NCBI GenBank assembly: GCA_964234715.1
Contig: OZ174276.1
DNA from: Podarcis melisellensis
Lineage: Eukaryota
Reading direction: 5' to 3' (one strand)
DNA length: 64,000 bases
Each line of letters begins with the position of its first letter. The first letter of the stretch is position 1. Both the position numbers and the translations under genes were made by a program. The notes beneath the pieces are model-generated. The model searched no databases. It was not told where the DNA came from and saw only the letters and a program-made list of their open reading frames with translations. Below, in pieces: positions 1 to 11,105 of this stretch.

Positions 1-198
1 CCTGCCCAATTTGGGCCTTAGGGAGATAGGATCTTGGCCCAGCAGTCTGAAAATACTTCCCAACCCCGTTGTATGCAGTAGCATATAGAATACACACCAG
101 ATTCTGGCTGAGTGTGCTGTTTGTGTTTGTATGTGGAAAATGGGACCTGTGAGTCTTGCAAAGTTGCCTTACCTCTACTAAGAGTAGAATATTACATC

Positions 199-453
199 CA
201 GGGTAGGCAACCTAAGGCCCATGGGCCAGATGTGGGCCAATCACCTTCTCAATCTGGCCCACAGACGGTCCGGGAATCAGCGTGTTTTTACATAAGTAGA
301 ATGTGTCCTTTTATTTAAAATGCATCTCTGGGTTATTTGTGGGGCATAGGAATTTGTTCAATCCCCCCCCCAAAAAAAATATATAGTCCAGCCCCCCACA
401 TGGTCTGAGGGATGGTGGACTGGCCCATGGCTGAAAAAAGTTGCTGACCCCTG
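199..453. mobile_element. Non-autonomous hAT-type DNA transposon (MITE)
   Basis: Termini CAGGGTAGGCAAC...GTTGCTGACCCCTG with internal GGCCC subterminal repeats; target-site duplication degenerate. Confidence 0.7.
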
Positions 454-2174
454 GATTATATAATGGCAGCATATCATCTAATTTTTGAGGCTGGAAAAGA
501 GGCTGAAACTTTCCAATGGCAATTCTGTTCCAGTTCTATCTGCCAGAATTGGCTGTACCTACCCCATTCACTAAAGCAAACCTGTAACAAAGCCCCCCCG
601 CTTTCTTGCCTATTTTAAAAGGGCATTTTACTCAGTGTCCTGGGTATAGCATTCACTGAGGAAAGAAGTTCCATTAATTAGTTTCACCTTGCCAGCTATG
701 GGTGTCTGGTGCAAGACGGTATCATGGTCACTACGACTGTGCAGAAAGTGAGTAGCTGCATGGTCAGCAGGCCCTGCGAAGTAAGCCTCTGGGCCCTGAG
801 AGGCCAAACAATACCTGTGTTCCTTTATCCAAGTCTCTGGTGGCCCCCATTTTGATGAAGATTGTGGACTACAACACCTATGTGTGCCTGGATGCAGCTT
901 GCTAGTTTGGTGGGCGTCTCTGACTCTTAAAGGTTAGCATTAGCATGCTAGCTTTGTTATTTTCTGTTCTGTACTTGAATTCCCAAAAGTCTCCTTCCTT
1001 ACACTGTTAGTCCTTTATCTTTTTACTGGTAATAGGTTCTTATGCTTATGCTTCTAACCTGCTTAATAAAGTATTGCATTTATCCTGGTGTGGTTTCTTG
1101 AAGTAAGCCTGGCTCTAAATCTGGTACCTGGCTGCCTGGTGCTCCTGAATAATTTGTTTGTTTGGGGCTTAAGAGATAGAGAGTGAGTAGACGGTTTGGC
1201 GCTTGTCTCTGTGAATCCCAAGGATGTCCAGAAACAGTCTGGGGGCACTAACAGGGATGATGGCTGTACTACCTGGCAGGGTTGGTTTTCACCCTAGTTA
1301 TTCAATATCCCATTACAGCTCAGGAGATGGGCATCCAGGGTTCGGGTAGAACATTCCTTGGGGGTGGGGGCATTAGCAGCTTTGGGTATTAATTCTCCCC
1401 ATTTCTACAAAACCTAATTTCTCCTATCTCACCTGTTGGATGCTGCTGCTCTCTGCTAGCTTGACTCAGATGGAGTTATTTTTGTGTTGTAAGTATTGGG
1501 CCATGTCCCAAAATGGGGCTGCAGACTCCAGGCCGACTCAGGACAGGGTCATTGTCAAGCTGCTCTTAGATAGAAAAATCAAGATTAACCTTTCAATGTG
1601 TTGTCCTAGTCAGAATATCTGCGAGCCACACAAATGAAGAAATCAGATTTGAACTGGAGAGAATAGCAGTACAAGTAGTTTAGAAGTATTGATTTTAAAA
1701 ATATATTCCAAAGGTGGGAAGAGAGAATTCCAGGTTTGTTTGCTTTTAATATAAACATTTGTTTTAATTCTATACCTAATCTCCTCGGTTTATTGACAGC
1801 ATTCCACTACAGAGTGTTCTCCTTTTACTTAATTGTGTGCACAGCTCCCTTTATTTATTAAATTCTGGTCAAAATATGTCTTTATATGGCTCCATGAATG
1901 AATGTATTAGCCCATGCAATTGATCGACTTTGACTTCATTTGCCCAAGTTCATTACTGACTCATCAGAATGAAAAAGATGAGAGCTAGTCATAGGTGCTG
2001 AACTATTCAAAGCTTCAAATGGGAAAAAAAGAATCTGAATTCTTATTTAATTCAGTGGCAGATATGCCTAGGATGTTTGCTTTTCTCCCCTCCCAACTGG
2101 CACCACACGAGAATATTTCCTCCCTCCCCAACAATTTTAAGGAGTGTATGGTAAACTAACTGTTCTCGAGGTTA

Positions 2175-2375
2175 AGCACGTAAGGAGAGCCCTGCTGAAT
2201 TGGACCAAAGGCTAAATCTAGTTCAGCATCCTGTTTCCCACAGAGGCCAACAAGATGGCTATGGGAAGCCAGGACAGCAACATAATAGCCCTCTCCTCTT
2301 GTATCTTAGCAACTGTTATTCAGAGGCACATTGCCTCTGCCCCTGGAGGTAGTGACTTAGTAGCCACCCTTTTCT
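2175..2375 (-). mobile_element. CR1-like retroposon 3' segment (family also at 33580-33740 +, 37700-37800 +, 45505-45990 -)
   Basis: Recurrent motif gagcc-ctgctg-gat-c-ggccaaagg...ctagt-cagcatcctgtt-cacag-ggcca shared by four loci. Confidence 0.55.
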
Positions 2376-2646
2376 TCCAGGGACATGCCAGCAAGAGATA
2401 GTTACCAAGAAGTTACCACCTCAGGGGGATGTTGGATACTAAACTGTAAAATGTAAGCTTTGCTGAATTAATTAAGCAGAGTCTACAATAAATAACTGGC
2501 ACAGCAAAATAGAAATTTAATATTGAGCAGCGTAATAGTCACTTTTGTTGCAAAAGAAAGGAAGAGTTAAACTTACTTCTGCTTGGGAGAGGAAGAGGAA
2601 GTGCTTAGCAGCACACGCATAATAATACTGCAATAATATCAGTCAT

Positions 2647-2892
2647 GAAGAAGAAGAGTTTGGATTTGATATCCCGCCTTTCACTCCCCTTCAGGAGTCT
2701 CAAAGCGGCTAACATTCTCCTTTCCCTTCCTCCCCCACAACAAACACTCTGTGGGGTGAGTGGGGCTGAGAGACTTCAAAGAAGTGTGACTGGCCCAAGG
2801 TCACCCAGCAGCTGCATGTGGAGGAGCGGAGACACGAACCCGGTTCCCCAGATTAGGAGACTACCGCTCTTAACCACTACACCACGCTGGCT
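2647..2892 (-). mobile_element. tRNA-derived squamate SINE (Squam3-like), near full length
   Basis: Minus strand starts AGCCAGCGTGGTGTAGTGGTTAAGAGC (A box) and has GGTTCG (B box), with a (CTT)n tail; the 3' part recurs at 7432-7527 on +. Confidence 0.8.
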
Positions 2893-3430
2893 GATGATGG
2901 TTTGTGTGCCTGCCCATCAGTTCTATTTTTGAAGCTAATCTCTTTAAGGTACCTACTAACAGTAGCACCTGTGTGTCTCCTGGCACCAAATTGAATAGGA
3001 AACAGAAAGCAATTGCTTAAACTGTAATTTAGGCAGTGTGATGATGTTCATGGCTAAGTAATTGTTGATCACTGAACATACTGATATAGTGCTATTGATT
3101 GAACACATGGCAATTTACGAAGAACAGGTCTGATAGGTCCTTTACCCAACAATCTGCAAAAGAGAAAGCCACAACAAGAAGAAAAAACTCTGGAAGTGGG
3201 GACAGATAGAGGCGGAGGTAAACAGAATGAGAATAATGGGTTTATTTTAGCCTCACATACTTATAGGAGATAATTGGGGCAAAGATGTTATTCTAAATGC
3301 TTCATGAAACAGAGGAGGAACTGAGGAGTGATTTGATGGAGGTGAGGAGAAAGGTGTCCCAGAAGCCATTCTGAGAGGCGTAACAACCAGCAAGTGAGAA
3401 AGGGCAGAGTCATTTTAGGAAACAGGAGCG

Positions 3431-3507
3431 TGTTGTTGTTCTTGTTGTTTAGTCATTTAGTCGTGTGCGACTCTTCGTGACCCCATGGACCAGAGCACGC
3501 CAGGCAC
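3431..3507 (-). mobile_element. RTE-BovB LINE 3' terminal fragment
   Basis: (TTG)n tail followed by tagtcgtgtgcgactcttcgtgaccccatggaccagagcacgccagg, the characteristic BovB 3' end. Confidence 0.8.
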
Positions 3508-4133
3508 AGGATGGTGGTGAAATACAATATTAATATTTTGATATACTCTTATCAATTCAGGTGTGAATGGGATGGTTGGTAACCTACTTCTTACTATACA
3601 TTGTAAACTTGGTTTCTGATCTCAAGGTACAAAATAGGATGCCTATGTGTTTCCCTATGTGCCTATGTGTTTCCCCTTTAAAACACTTGGAAGTAGCAAC
3701 TGGAAAAGGATTGCTTCATCTTCATGTATTTGGGAAGAAGCTGGTGTGTGGGTGTGTGGGTGTGTAACCTTGTAGCCAACATGTATCATCCTTCTGAATT
3801 ATTTTATACTCATAGATTTCTCATGCTTCCTCTTCTAAATGTGGCTTTAAACACTTTAGTTCATCACCATACTCATCCATACTCCATACTCAAGGAAATA
3901 CTCATCCACAGACTGTGCTTGGCAATCCTGAACAAGTTGATTCAGATTTCGGCCATTAGTTCCTAGCTTAGGATTCCACCAGCACTGGATTTAGTGACCT
4001 CCTCATTATTCTGCTGCATATTCGGCATGAAATAAATATCACAGTTGTGCATTTGAAACAGATTTGAAAGCCACAAAATGAGGGGGAAAGAGATGGATGC
4101 ACAGCCCAATTGCCACTGGATATGGGGTGTATT

Positions 4134-4494
4134 GGGACGCGGGTGGCGCTGTGGGTAAAAGCCTCAGCGCCTAGGGCTTGCCGATCGAAAGGTCGGCGGT
4201 TCGAATCCCCGCGGCAGGGTGCGCTCCCGTTGCTCGGTCCCAGCGCCTGCCAACCTAGCAGTTCGAAAGCACCCCCGGGTGCAAGTAGATAAATAGGGAC
4301 CGCTTACTAGCGGGAAGGTAAACGGCGTTTCCGTGTGCAGCTCTGGCTCGCCAGAGCAGCGATGTCACGCTGGCCACGTGACCCGGAAGTGTCTCCGGAC
4401 AGCGCTGGCCCCTGGCCTCTTCAGTGAGATGGGCGCACAACCCCAGAGCCTGTCAAGACTGGCCCGTACGGGCAGGGGTACCTTTACCTTTACC
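4134..4494 (+). mobile_element. Sauria SINE, full length, 13-bp target-site duplication
   Basis: GGGACGCGGGTGGCGCTGTGG head, GGTTCGAATCC B box, (ACCTTT)n tail; TATGGGGTGTATT at 4121-4133 and 4495-4507. Confidence 0.92.
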
Positions 4495-7059
4495 TATGGG
4501 GTGTATTTCCCCCACTATCAAACTGCATGCTTGAACTATCAAAACCCGTGTTACCTGAGGAACCCGGCCAATTCACATTTCAGAATGCTTTGCTGTTGTT
4601 TTGAAGCAAACTTCTTATTGTCACAGTTGTAACAGATATCTTCAAGTGTGATTACAGGATGTATCCTAAACAGTGCATCTCAAAAGCATCGCTGCGGGTG
4701 TCTCTGAATACAAGGCGATGCTGTCATGGCAACAGGGTGTTACTTAGTAAGCATTCCACTTTGTTCAGGCAACAGGGGAAGGGTTTTGAATTTAGAAGAG
4801 AGTTACACGCACTCACACTGTTTGAAGCTGCCAGAGAGTACATGGCTGCAAATGGGGAGGCATCGAAAGGGATCTGATTTTGGAATCTGTTAGAGAAGGG
4901 GATATGAAAGGAACCTTGCATTAGGCAGCAGTGATGAGAGGGAGCTATGAGGGGGAAACCTCGCAGGGGGACAAAAGGTAAGAGACAAAGAGGCTGAGGG
5001 CAGCACAGACACATGAAATGCAATGAAGTGGATGCAGAGATCGTTGTGTGAAGTTGATACAAAGGGAAGCAGTAGAAGTTGAAGAATGTAAGAAGATATG
5101 GTGGGAAGCAGGGTTGGGGGAGAAATTTGATAGCATTGAAAGCTGAATCTATCAAGTTAACACATTCTAAAATAATACGTGAACTGAAACACAGGGCTCC
5201 TTTGAAATGTGGATTTATCTGAATTCTGCAATACAGTTCTCCAATCCAACAATGTTTGTATGTCTTAGGGGGAAGTGCATAAAAATGAATGCAAAACATA
5301 GATTATATCAGGGGAAATTGCTTGAAAAAATATGTACATTGGTCAAAACTGCATATAAAAATGTGTTTATCGTGAGAAATTTGCAGTAAAATTCTGATGA
5401 ATTTTCAATTGCTAACTGCTTCAAAATGTGGAGAACTGAATTTAAATGTGGAAAAATAAGAACCAAAAGCGGCAGATCCTTCCATCCTTGGCTGGAAGAC
5501 TAGGGGGCTTATTTGGGCTCATTAAGGTGTTGACATTTGTATGACACACTAGGTTAAAGGCCATGCTGACTCTCTAAAAGGTGCAACTTCACCAAACCTT
5601 TCCTCACACACTAGGCTCCTCATATATGCCAGGCTTATTAGAGCAAACAGCTAGGAAAGACCTTTCATAGTGCAAAACAAAATTATATTTTAAAGCTGCC
5701 ATGGCTGGGGGATTCTTTAAAAACACTGCTACTATCACCACCAACATCAACAGGCCACAGAGTTTGTCAGTTTCCAAGATAAGGTCATATTCATGCTGTG
5801 CAACCTTTTGTTTTTCATTGTAGAGAGTTTCCAGCACGAGAAACATCTCCTTTCAGTAAAAGAGCAAACAGACTTTCCACCAACACTCTTCTGCCCTCTG
5901 TAGTCATTCTCTTCCCACCTACTAAAGCAGAATTGGGGAAAGAGAGCCATCACAGTAGGTAGGAGGGAAATTGTTACTCACACTGGATAAATCTTGTACG
6001 TGCAGAGTAGCTGGAAATATTTAGAGAAGTGCCTCACCCTCCCTTGTTCTCATCCTTCTCTGTAATGGCTAAAACAAAATGCTTGTTTCTCCTACCCATG
6101 ATCGTATTGCATGTAGTAGTGGGAGACTGAAAGTTCTGTTTTGGATGCTACAGAAAAGCATGAGGGACTGACAGTATAAGCCACTCAGATTCACTATTCT
6201 TGTAAAACAAAGGCCTTACAAAATGTAGTGACCTCTCCGGAGTAATTTGTGGTAGTTTTATCTTGTGACCCACAGCCTCTGGCCAATGCCATTCCTCTTT
6301 GAGCCATGACCCTGATTCTAATTGCCTTCCTGACACATCTGCTTTTGGGGGAAATAGAGCATCCAAAATGCCAGTCATGGCATGCCATTTATCAGGTAGT
6401 TTGGTCTGATCATCTGTAGGCTATTTCCTCTCTTTGTCCAAGGACTGGTCCCAGTCTACCCGAAGTTACCAGTGCAACCAAAGAAGACTTCAGGTCTAGG
6501 TCTAGGAGTTCCTCGGTCCATGGTAGGGAGGGGCTTGAATAAGGTTGTGTCCTTATTCTTTTAAAGAACTCTGTGAAGTAAATGGTATTGGATATCTTGT
6601 TTCACGCCCTAATGTGAATCCTAGAAGACTTCCACAGTCTCCTTAAAATTCAGTGAAGTTTTTAGTGTTTGATGCCTTATTGTGTTTTAATTTGTTGGAA
6701 GCCACCCAGAGTGGCTGGGGTAACCCAGTCAGATTATTATTAAGGGCTTGAGAAATTTGTAGCACTTCTTGAACAGATATCACACTCATTGACTGTTGAG
6801 GGGACTCCTTAGATAGTGAAATAGTTTCTCCTGCTCCACATCTGAGATCACTCATCTCCACACTTCACTCAGCGGTCCTGTTGAAGTATGAAAATGAATG
6901 CATTGTGGGGAGGAGCCAGTAGCTGGCCTCACCCTTGGTTGTTTGTGCAGAGGCCTGCACCTGAACAATACTGGCAGGGTAAGTTGTGCATAGGGAGCCT
7001 ACAGGCATTTGGTTTCATCCACATGAGTTGTATGCCAAGGAGTGCCATCGAATCAGGAG

Positions 7060-7240
7060 TAGCCATAGTTTAATAGTAGAACACGTGCTGTGTGTACAGA
7101 ATGCCCCAGGTTCAATTCAGGACATATACAGTTTAAAAAGGATGAAGTAGGCATTTGGTGGGAAGAGGCCCTTGAGAGCTGCTGCATCAGATTATATTGG
7201 GTTAGATTACCAAGGATCTGACTCTGTGTCAGGCAGGTTC
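7060..7240 (+). mobile_element. Old tRNA-derived SINE family (also 25011-25200 -, 25370-25485 +, 39812-40000 +, 54810-54965 -)
   Basis: gccatagtt...tagaacac...cccaggttcaattc head and ctgactc...aggcaggttc tail shared among copies. Confidence 0.55.
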
Positions 7241-7431
7241 ATATATACCACGTTCACACACTGTTTTCCTTGTAAACACCTGCACAGGGCTAAAGCATAG
7301 GAACTGTAAGGTCAGACCACACTTGAGCTATCATTACATCAATGTAGGTGGGTTTATAGCACCCTCTCTTGCTTGCTGAATGTAATATTTTCTGTTTTGT
7401 ATAGATGTTGCAGTGCTTATTCAGTGGGAGC

Positions 7432-7527
7432 TGTTGGGAGGAAGGGAAAGGAGAATGTTAGCCGCTTTGAGACTCCTTCGGGTAGTAATAAAGCAGGATA
7501 TCAAATCCAAACTCCTCTTCTTCTTCT
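7432..7527 (+). mobile_element. 5'-truncated copy of the SINE at 2647-2892
   Basis: gagaatgttagccgctttgagactcct...ggatatcaaatccaaactc(ttc)n is the reverse complement of about 2650-2740. Confidence 0.75.
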
Positions 7528-7751
7528 AGAGATCCAGTAGTGATGTTAATGAAAGGCCTGGATGTAGAACAAAATAAGCCGATAGGTAGGTGACAAGAAA
7601 AGTTCAGGAAAGGATTATCACACACTCTTAGGGCTTTGTTTTGTTTGTTTGTTTATTGAATTTATATACCGCCCTATACCCACAGGTCTCAGGGTGGGTC
7701 ACAGAATAAATGCACACCCTGAAGCAACCAATAACTAATTGTGTGGTTTAC

Positions 7752-7886
7752 GGTGTGATAGCTCAGTCAATAGAGCATGAGACTCTTAATCTCAAGGTTG
7801 TGTGTTCGTGTCCTCTGGTGGGCAAGAGATTCCTGCATTTCACGGGGTTGGAACTTGTGGTCCATTCCAACTCTACAATTCTATGA
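7752..7886 (+). mobile_element. tRNA-Lys(CTT)-derived SINE with CR1-type tail
   Basis: tagctcagtcaatagagcatgagactcttaatctca matches the tRNA-Lys D and anticodon arms; ends ttccaactctacaattctatga. Confidence 0.7.
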
Positions 7887-8163
7887 ATCTATAGGGTGAT
7901 AAATCTGCGGGAATGAAAATTAAATGCTTTACCAGAGCAATAATAACAATGCATAGAATTTACTTTAACCCAAATCTACTTAGAGAAAATAGGAATCATA
8001 ATTGTCTGAATCTGTGCTGCCAAATGGTACTGAGTCACTGCTTTAAAGCAGGCAAATTGCACAAATATTGGCTTGGATCCTAAAATATGTGGACATAATG
8101 AAATTAAAGGAAGGAAAGTTTCCAGTTTCTTCCTACCCCTTGCAGTGGTTACACCCACAACTC

Positions 8164-8233
8164 ATGTTGACTGTCTATTCTCCTTTCCTTGTTCCAGTCA
8201 GCTTCTGGGTCTTTCATGTCAGCTGTAAGCTAG
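8164..8233 (+). CDS. Candidate upstream ACSL6 exon (coding first exon from ATG 8164, or 36-nt cassette 8198-8233)
   Basis: MLTVYSPFLVPVSFWVFHVSCKL ends at a phase-1 donor AG|GTGAGC that is in frame with exon 2; resembles the recalled human long-isoform leader MLTFFLVSGGSLWLFVE. Confidence 0.35.
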
Positions 8234-8620
8234 GTGAGCTGCATGGTGTCTTATCACTGTTATATGCTCTGCCAATCTGATCCTTCCATTTCTACTACTT
8301 TTGCAAATCCCATAAATTCCAGCCCTGCCACTATTGCCAGCCCAAACCTATGGAGAAATTATTATCACTTATAATATTAACAACCTGATTTAGGAAGGTT
8401 ATTGTTTACAAAGCCCTCTCACCTTTTAATAAACGTGGTATGACTATTGTGTCTCAGCACAGTCTGGCATCATGCCTGGGTGCTCTGCTCTGGGTCCAAT
8501 GGCTGGCAGGGATCATCATGGCCACCTCTGCAAGCCATTGAGTTTTAATTGAGCCTGCCCACAAACTTTTTACATCAGCAGTGGACTTACTGGGCCTGGG
8601 TATGCAAGTTTAAATTGCAA

Positions 8621-8704
8621 CCTCCTCCTCCTCCTCCTCCTCCTCCTCCTCCTCCTCCTCCTCCTCCTCCTCCTCCTTCTTCTTCTTCTTCTTCTTCTTC
8701 TTCT
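8621..8704. repeat. Compound (CCT)n(TCT)n microsatellite at a retroposon tail
   Basis: Direct reading; it produces the poly-Pro/Ser and poly-Arg ORFs. Confidence 0.95.
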
Positions 8705-9378
8705 ATTAAATTTGTATACTGCCCTATACTCGCAGGTCTCAGAGCAGTTCACAGGATAAAATCACAATATAAAAACAAAAAAATACATCATCAAAATAAA
8801 AACAGGTTCCTTAAAGGAACCTGAGCCTAGTTTTACAAAAAGCAGATGTGATACAACCCTGCTTCTGGCTTGTACCACTTTTGATACATGCTATTTTGCT
8901 GTTTGTCATTTTGTTTTGTTTTTGTAAGGATGCCTTGAATTGCCTTTAGTGAGAGAAGGCATTTAATAAATTTAATTATTTATTATTAATAATAATAGCT
9001 AGATCGTGGGTGTGCATATGCCTGAATATTTCCTGAATAGAAAAAGATAACACATGAACATGGAAAACTAGTACATCAGAAAAAAGACAATGGTTTTTTT
9101 TTCTGTGTGCAGATATTCCTACCCCCTCCCATGAAATAGCATTCAGGCATGAGAGTTCCCACAGGCAGCCAGAAACTGGGTTGCTACCACACATGTTGTG
9201 AGAACATAATCTGCAGTTTTCATACTTCCCCAACTTCTCTAATAGCTTCCTATCTTGTACTTCAGAATGCTATGCACAAAGCTAGAATGAATTCCTGACT
9301 TCTACGCTTGATTATTTACAAACCATTACACTGAGGGATAAAGCCAAAGAGCTTGGAAAATTTCCAAACAAACAAAAC

Positions 9379-9511
9379 NNNNNNNNNNNNNNNNNNNNNN
9401 NNNNNNNNNNNNNNNNNNNNNNNNNNNNNNNNNNNNNNNNNNNNNNNNNNNNNNNNNNNNNNNNNNNNNNNNNNNNNNNNNNNNNNNNNNNNNNNNNNNN
9501 NNNNNNNNNNN
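9379..9511. other. Assembly gap (133 N)
   Basis: Run of N. Confidence 1.
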
Positions 9512-10509
9512 CTTCAAAGATATTCAGAATTCTCCTTGTGGCTGGCAATGCCGTTGGATAATTATCTCTGTTCCATCACTGAACATGAAACCAATGACCC
9601 ACTGGAGCGATTTCTAATTTCTGAAACTCTTTCTGGGAGCTGGCCTTGCCTTCGCTGAAGGGACAAGCGTAGGTGAGCTTGTGGTTGTTGCAGGATGAAC
9701 TAGTGGGTTTATGTTGGGTGCATTTTAATTGTGTGTCCTCTCAGTAAAGTACTACTGTGGCGCTTCTCTGTGAAATAGATTTGCTGTGGCAGTAGCAGCC
9801 CTGTGTCCTGTAGCTCTCTGGAAAGCTATTGTAGTCTATTGGACCTGAAGTGATGGCTGTAGTTTGCCTAATGCCACCTGAGTTTTGCTATATACCAGCA
9901 CATCATTCACTGCACCAAACCAAACAATAAGCACCCTACGTTCTGATGTCTGTTGGCAGGAATTTAAGCTACAGCTTTATGTTAAAAAAACTGGTTTCTT
10001 ATAAATTCTTCAAGGGTGCTCAAAGTGGAGGCAAGTAAACAAGCAGGTTTTAAGCATTCTCAAAGATGTACACCGAAAGTGTTATGGCTTTAGTTCTGGT
10101 CTAAATTTTCTGTTAAGGGTTTTCATAACTGAGGGATTTGCTGCTTCTCACAGACTTGCTTTTGTTTTCAACATGCTGTGATGTCATGTCATTATGAGGT
10201 TGTTATTGAGGCTTAATGATATTTGAAATGAAATCTTTAAGTAAGCACCGAGCCCTTCCCTTGCTGGAAGCAGCTTTTGTGTGGGCATTTTCCGTTGTTT
10301 TCTTAATAAGACTATAGTTATAGGAGAGGCGCAGCAACCATGAGTTGGTTGATATATTACTTGGGCCACAGAAAGTGGCATGCTAGTTACAAGTGTCCCA
10401 TTTCATCCCCTGGACCCCGGAAATATTATGAAGCGAGATGCACTATGGGTGGGTGTCAAGGCCCAATCTGAGTCAGTGCTGACACAAGACCCTTGGCTGC
10501 TGAGGTAAA

Positions 10510-10805
10510 GGAGAAGATGGCCTTGACATCTGAAGGGAAAGCGTTCCACGTGGAGGGCATCACTACTGAGAAGGTCTTCTGCCTGGTTCCCTGTAACTTC
10601 ATTTCTCACGGTGATGGAACCAGCAAAAGACCCTCGGAGGAGGATCTCCATGTCTGGGCTGAATGATAGAGGTGGAGATGCTCCTTCAGGTATACTGGGC
10701 CGAGGCAGTTTAGGGCTTCAAAGGTCAGCACCAACACTTTGAATTGCTCGCGGAAATGTACTGAGAGCCTGGGAAGATCCTTTAAGATTGGTGTTGCATG
10801 GTCCT
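10510..10805 (-). mobile_element. Degenerate L2-like LINE 3' region
   Basis: agaaggtcttctgcctggttccc...aggtcagcaccaacactttgaattg is typical of antisense squamate L2 ORF2 ends. Confidence 0.5.
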
Positions 10806-10884
10806 AAAAAATCCCACCTTTGGGGTCCTCTGTCTTTTGACCCTGCTGTGAACTAATTCATTGTTTCTCCATTGGGTTCTGCAG

Positions 10885-11105
10885 AAGTTGCCATTTCAAT
10901 CTTTGAAAAGATGCAAGCGCAAGAGATCCTCAGGAACCTGCGGCTTCCAGAGATTGAAGACTTCAGTCAGTTTTTCCGAAGTTTGCCAGCTGCTACCTTG
11001 GTTGGCATTGGTGCCTTTGCAGCTGTTGTTGCTTACTGGTTGGCCAGCCGGCCAAAAGCAGTGAAACCACCATGTGACCTCCTGATGCAATCAGAAGAAG
11101 TTGAG
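10885..11105 (+). CDS. ACSL6: ACSL6 exon 2 (acceptor at 10884; ATG of MQAQE at 10911; N-terminal transmembrane anchor)
   Basis: ttctgcag|AAGTTGCC...GTTGAG|gtgagt; (E)[22 protein letters not shown]...[16 protein letters not shown]...SEEVE. Confidence 0.95.

Noticed and set aside
4110-4632. GC-rich ORFs and an apparent CpG island
   Set aside because: Explained by a young Sauria SINE; the same applies at 16712-17026
4724-5299. 191-aa minus-strand ORF
   Set aside because: Antisense of purine-rich and repeat sequence; no recognisable domain or exon structure
7752-7825. tRNA-Lys gene
   Set aside because: Degenerate acceptor and T stems, and fused to a CR1-like tail: a SINE
8549-8824. Poly-Pro/Ser ORF (+) and poly-Arg ORF (-)
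   Set aside because: Translation of the (CCT)n(TCT)n microsatellite
9312-9658. ORFs containing runs of X
   Set aside because: They span the N gap
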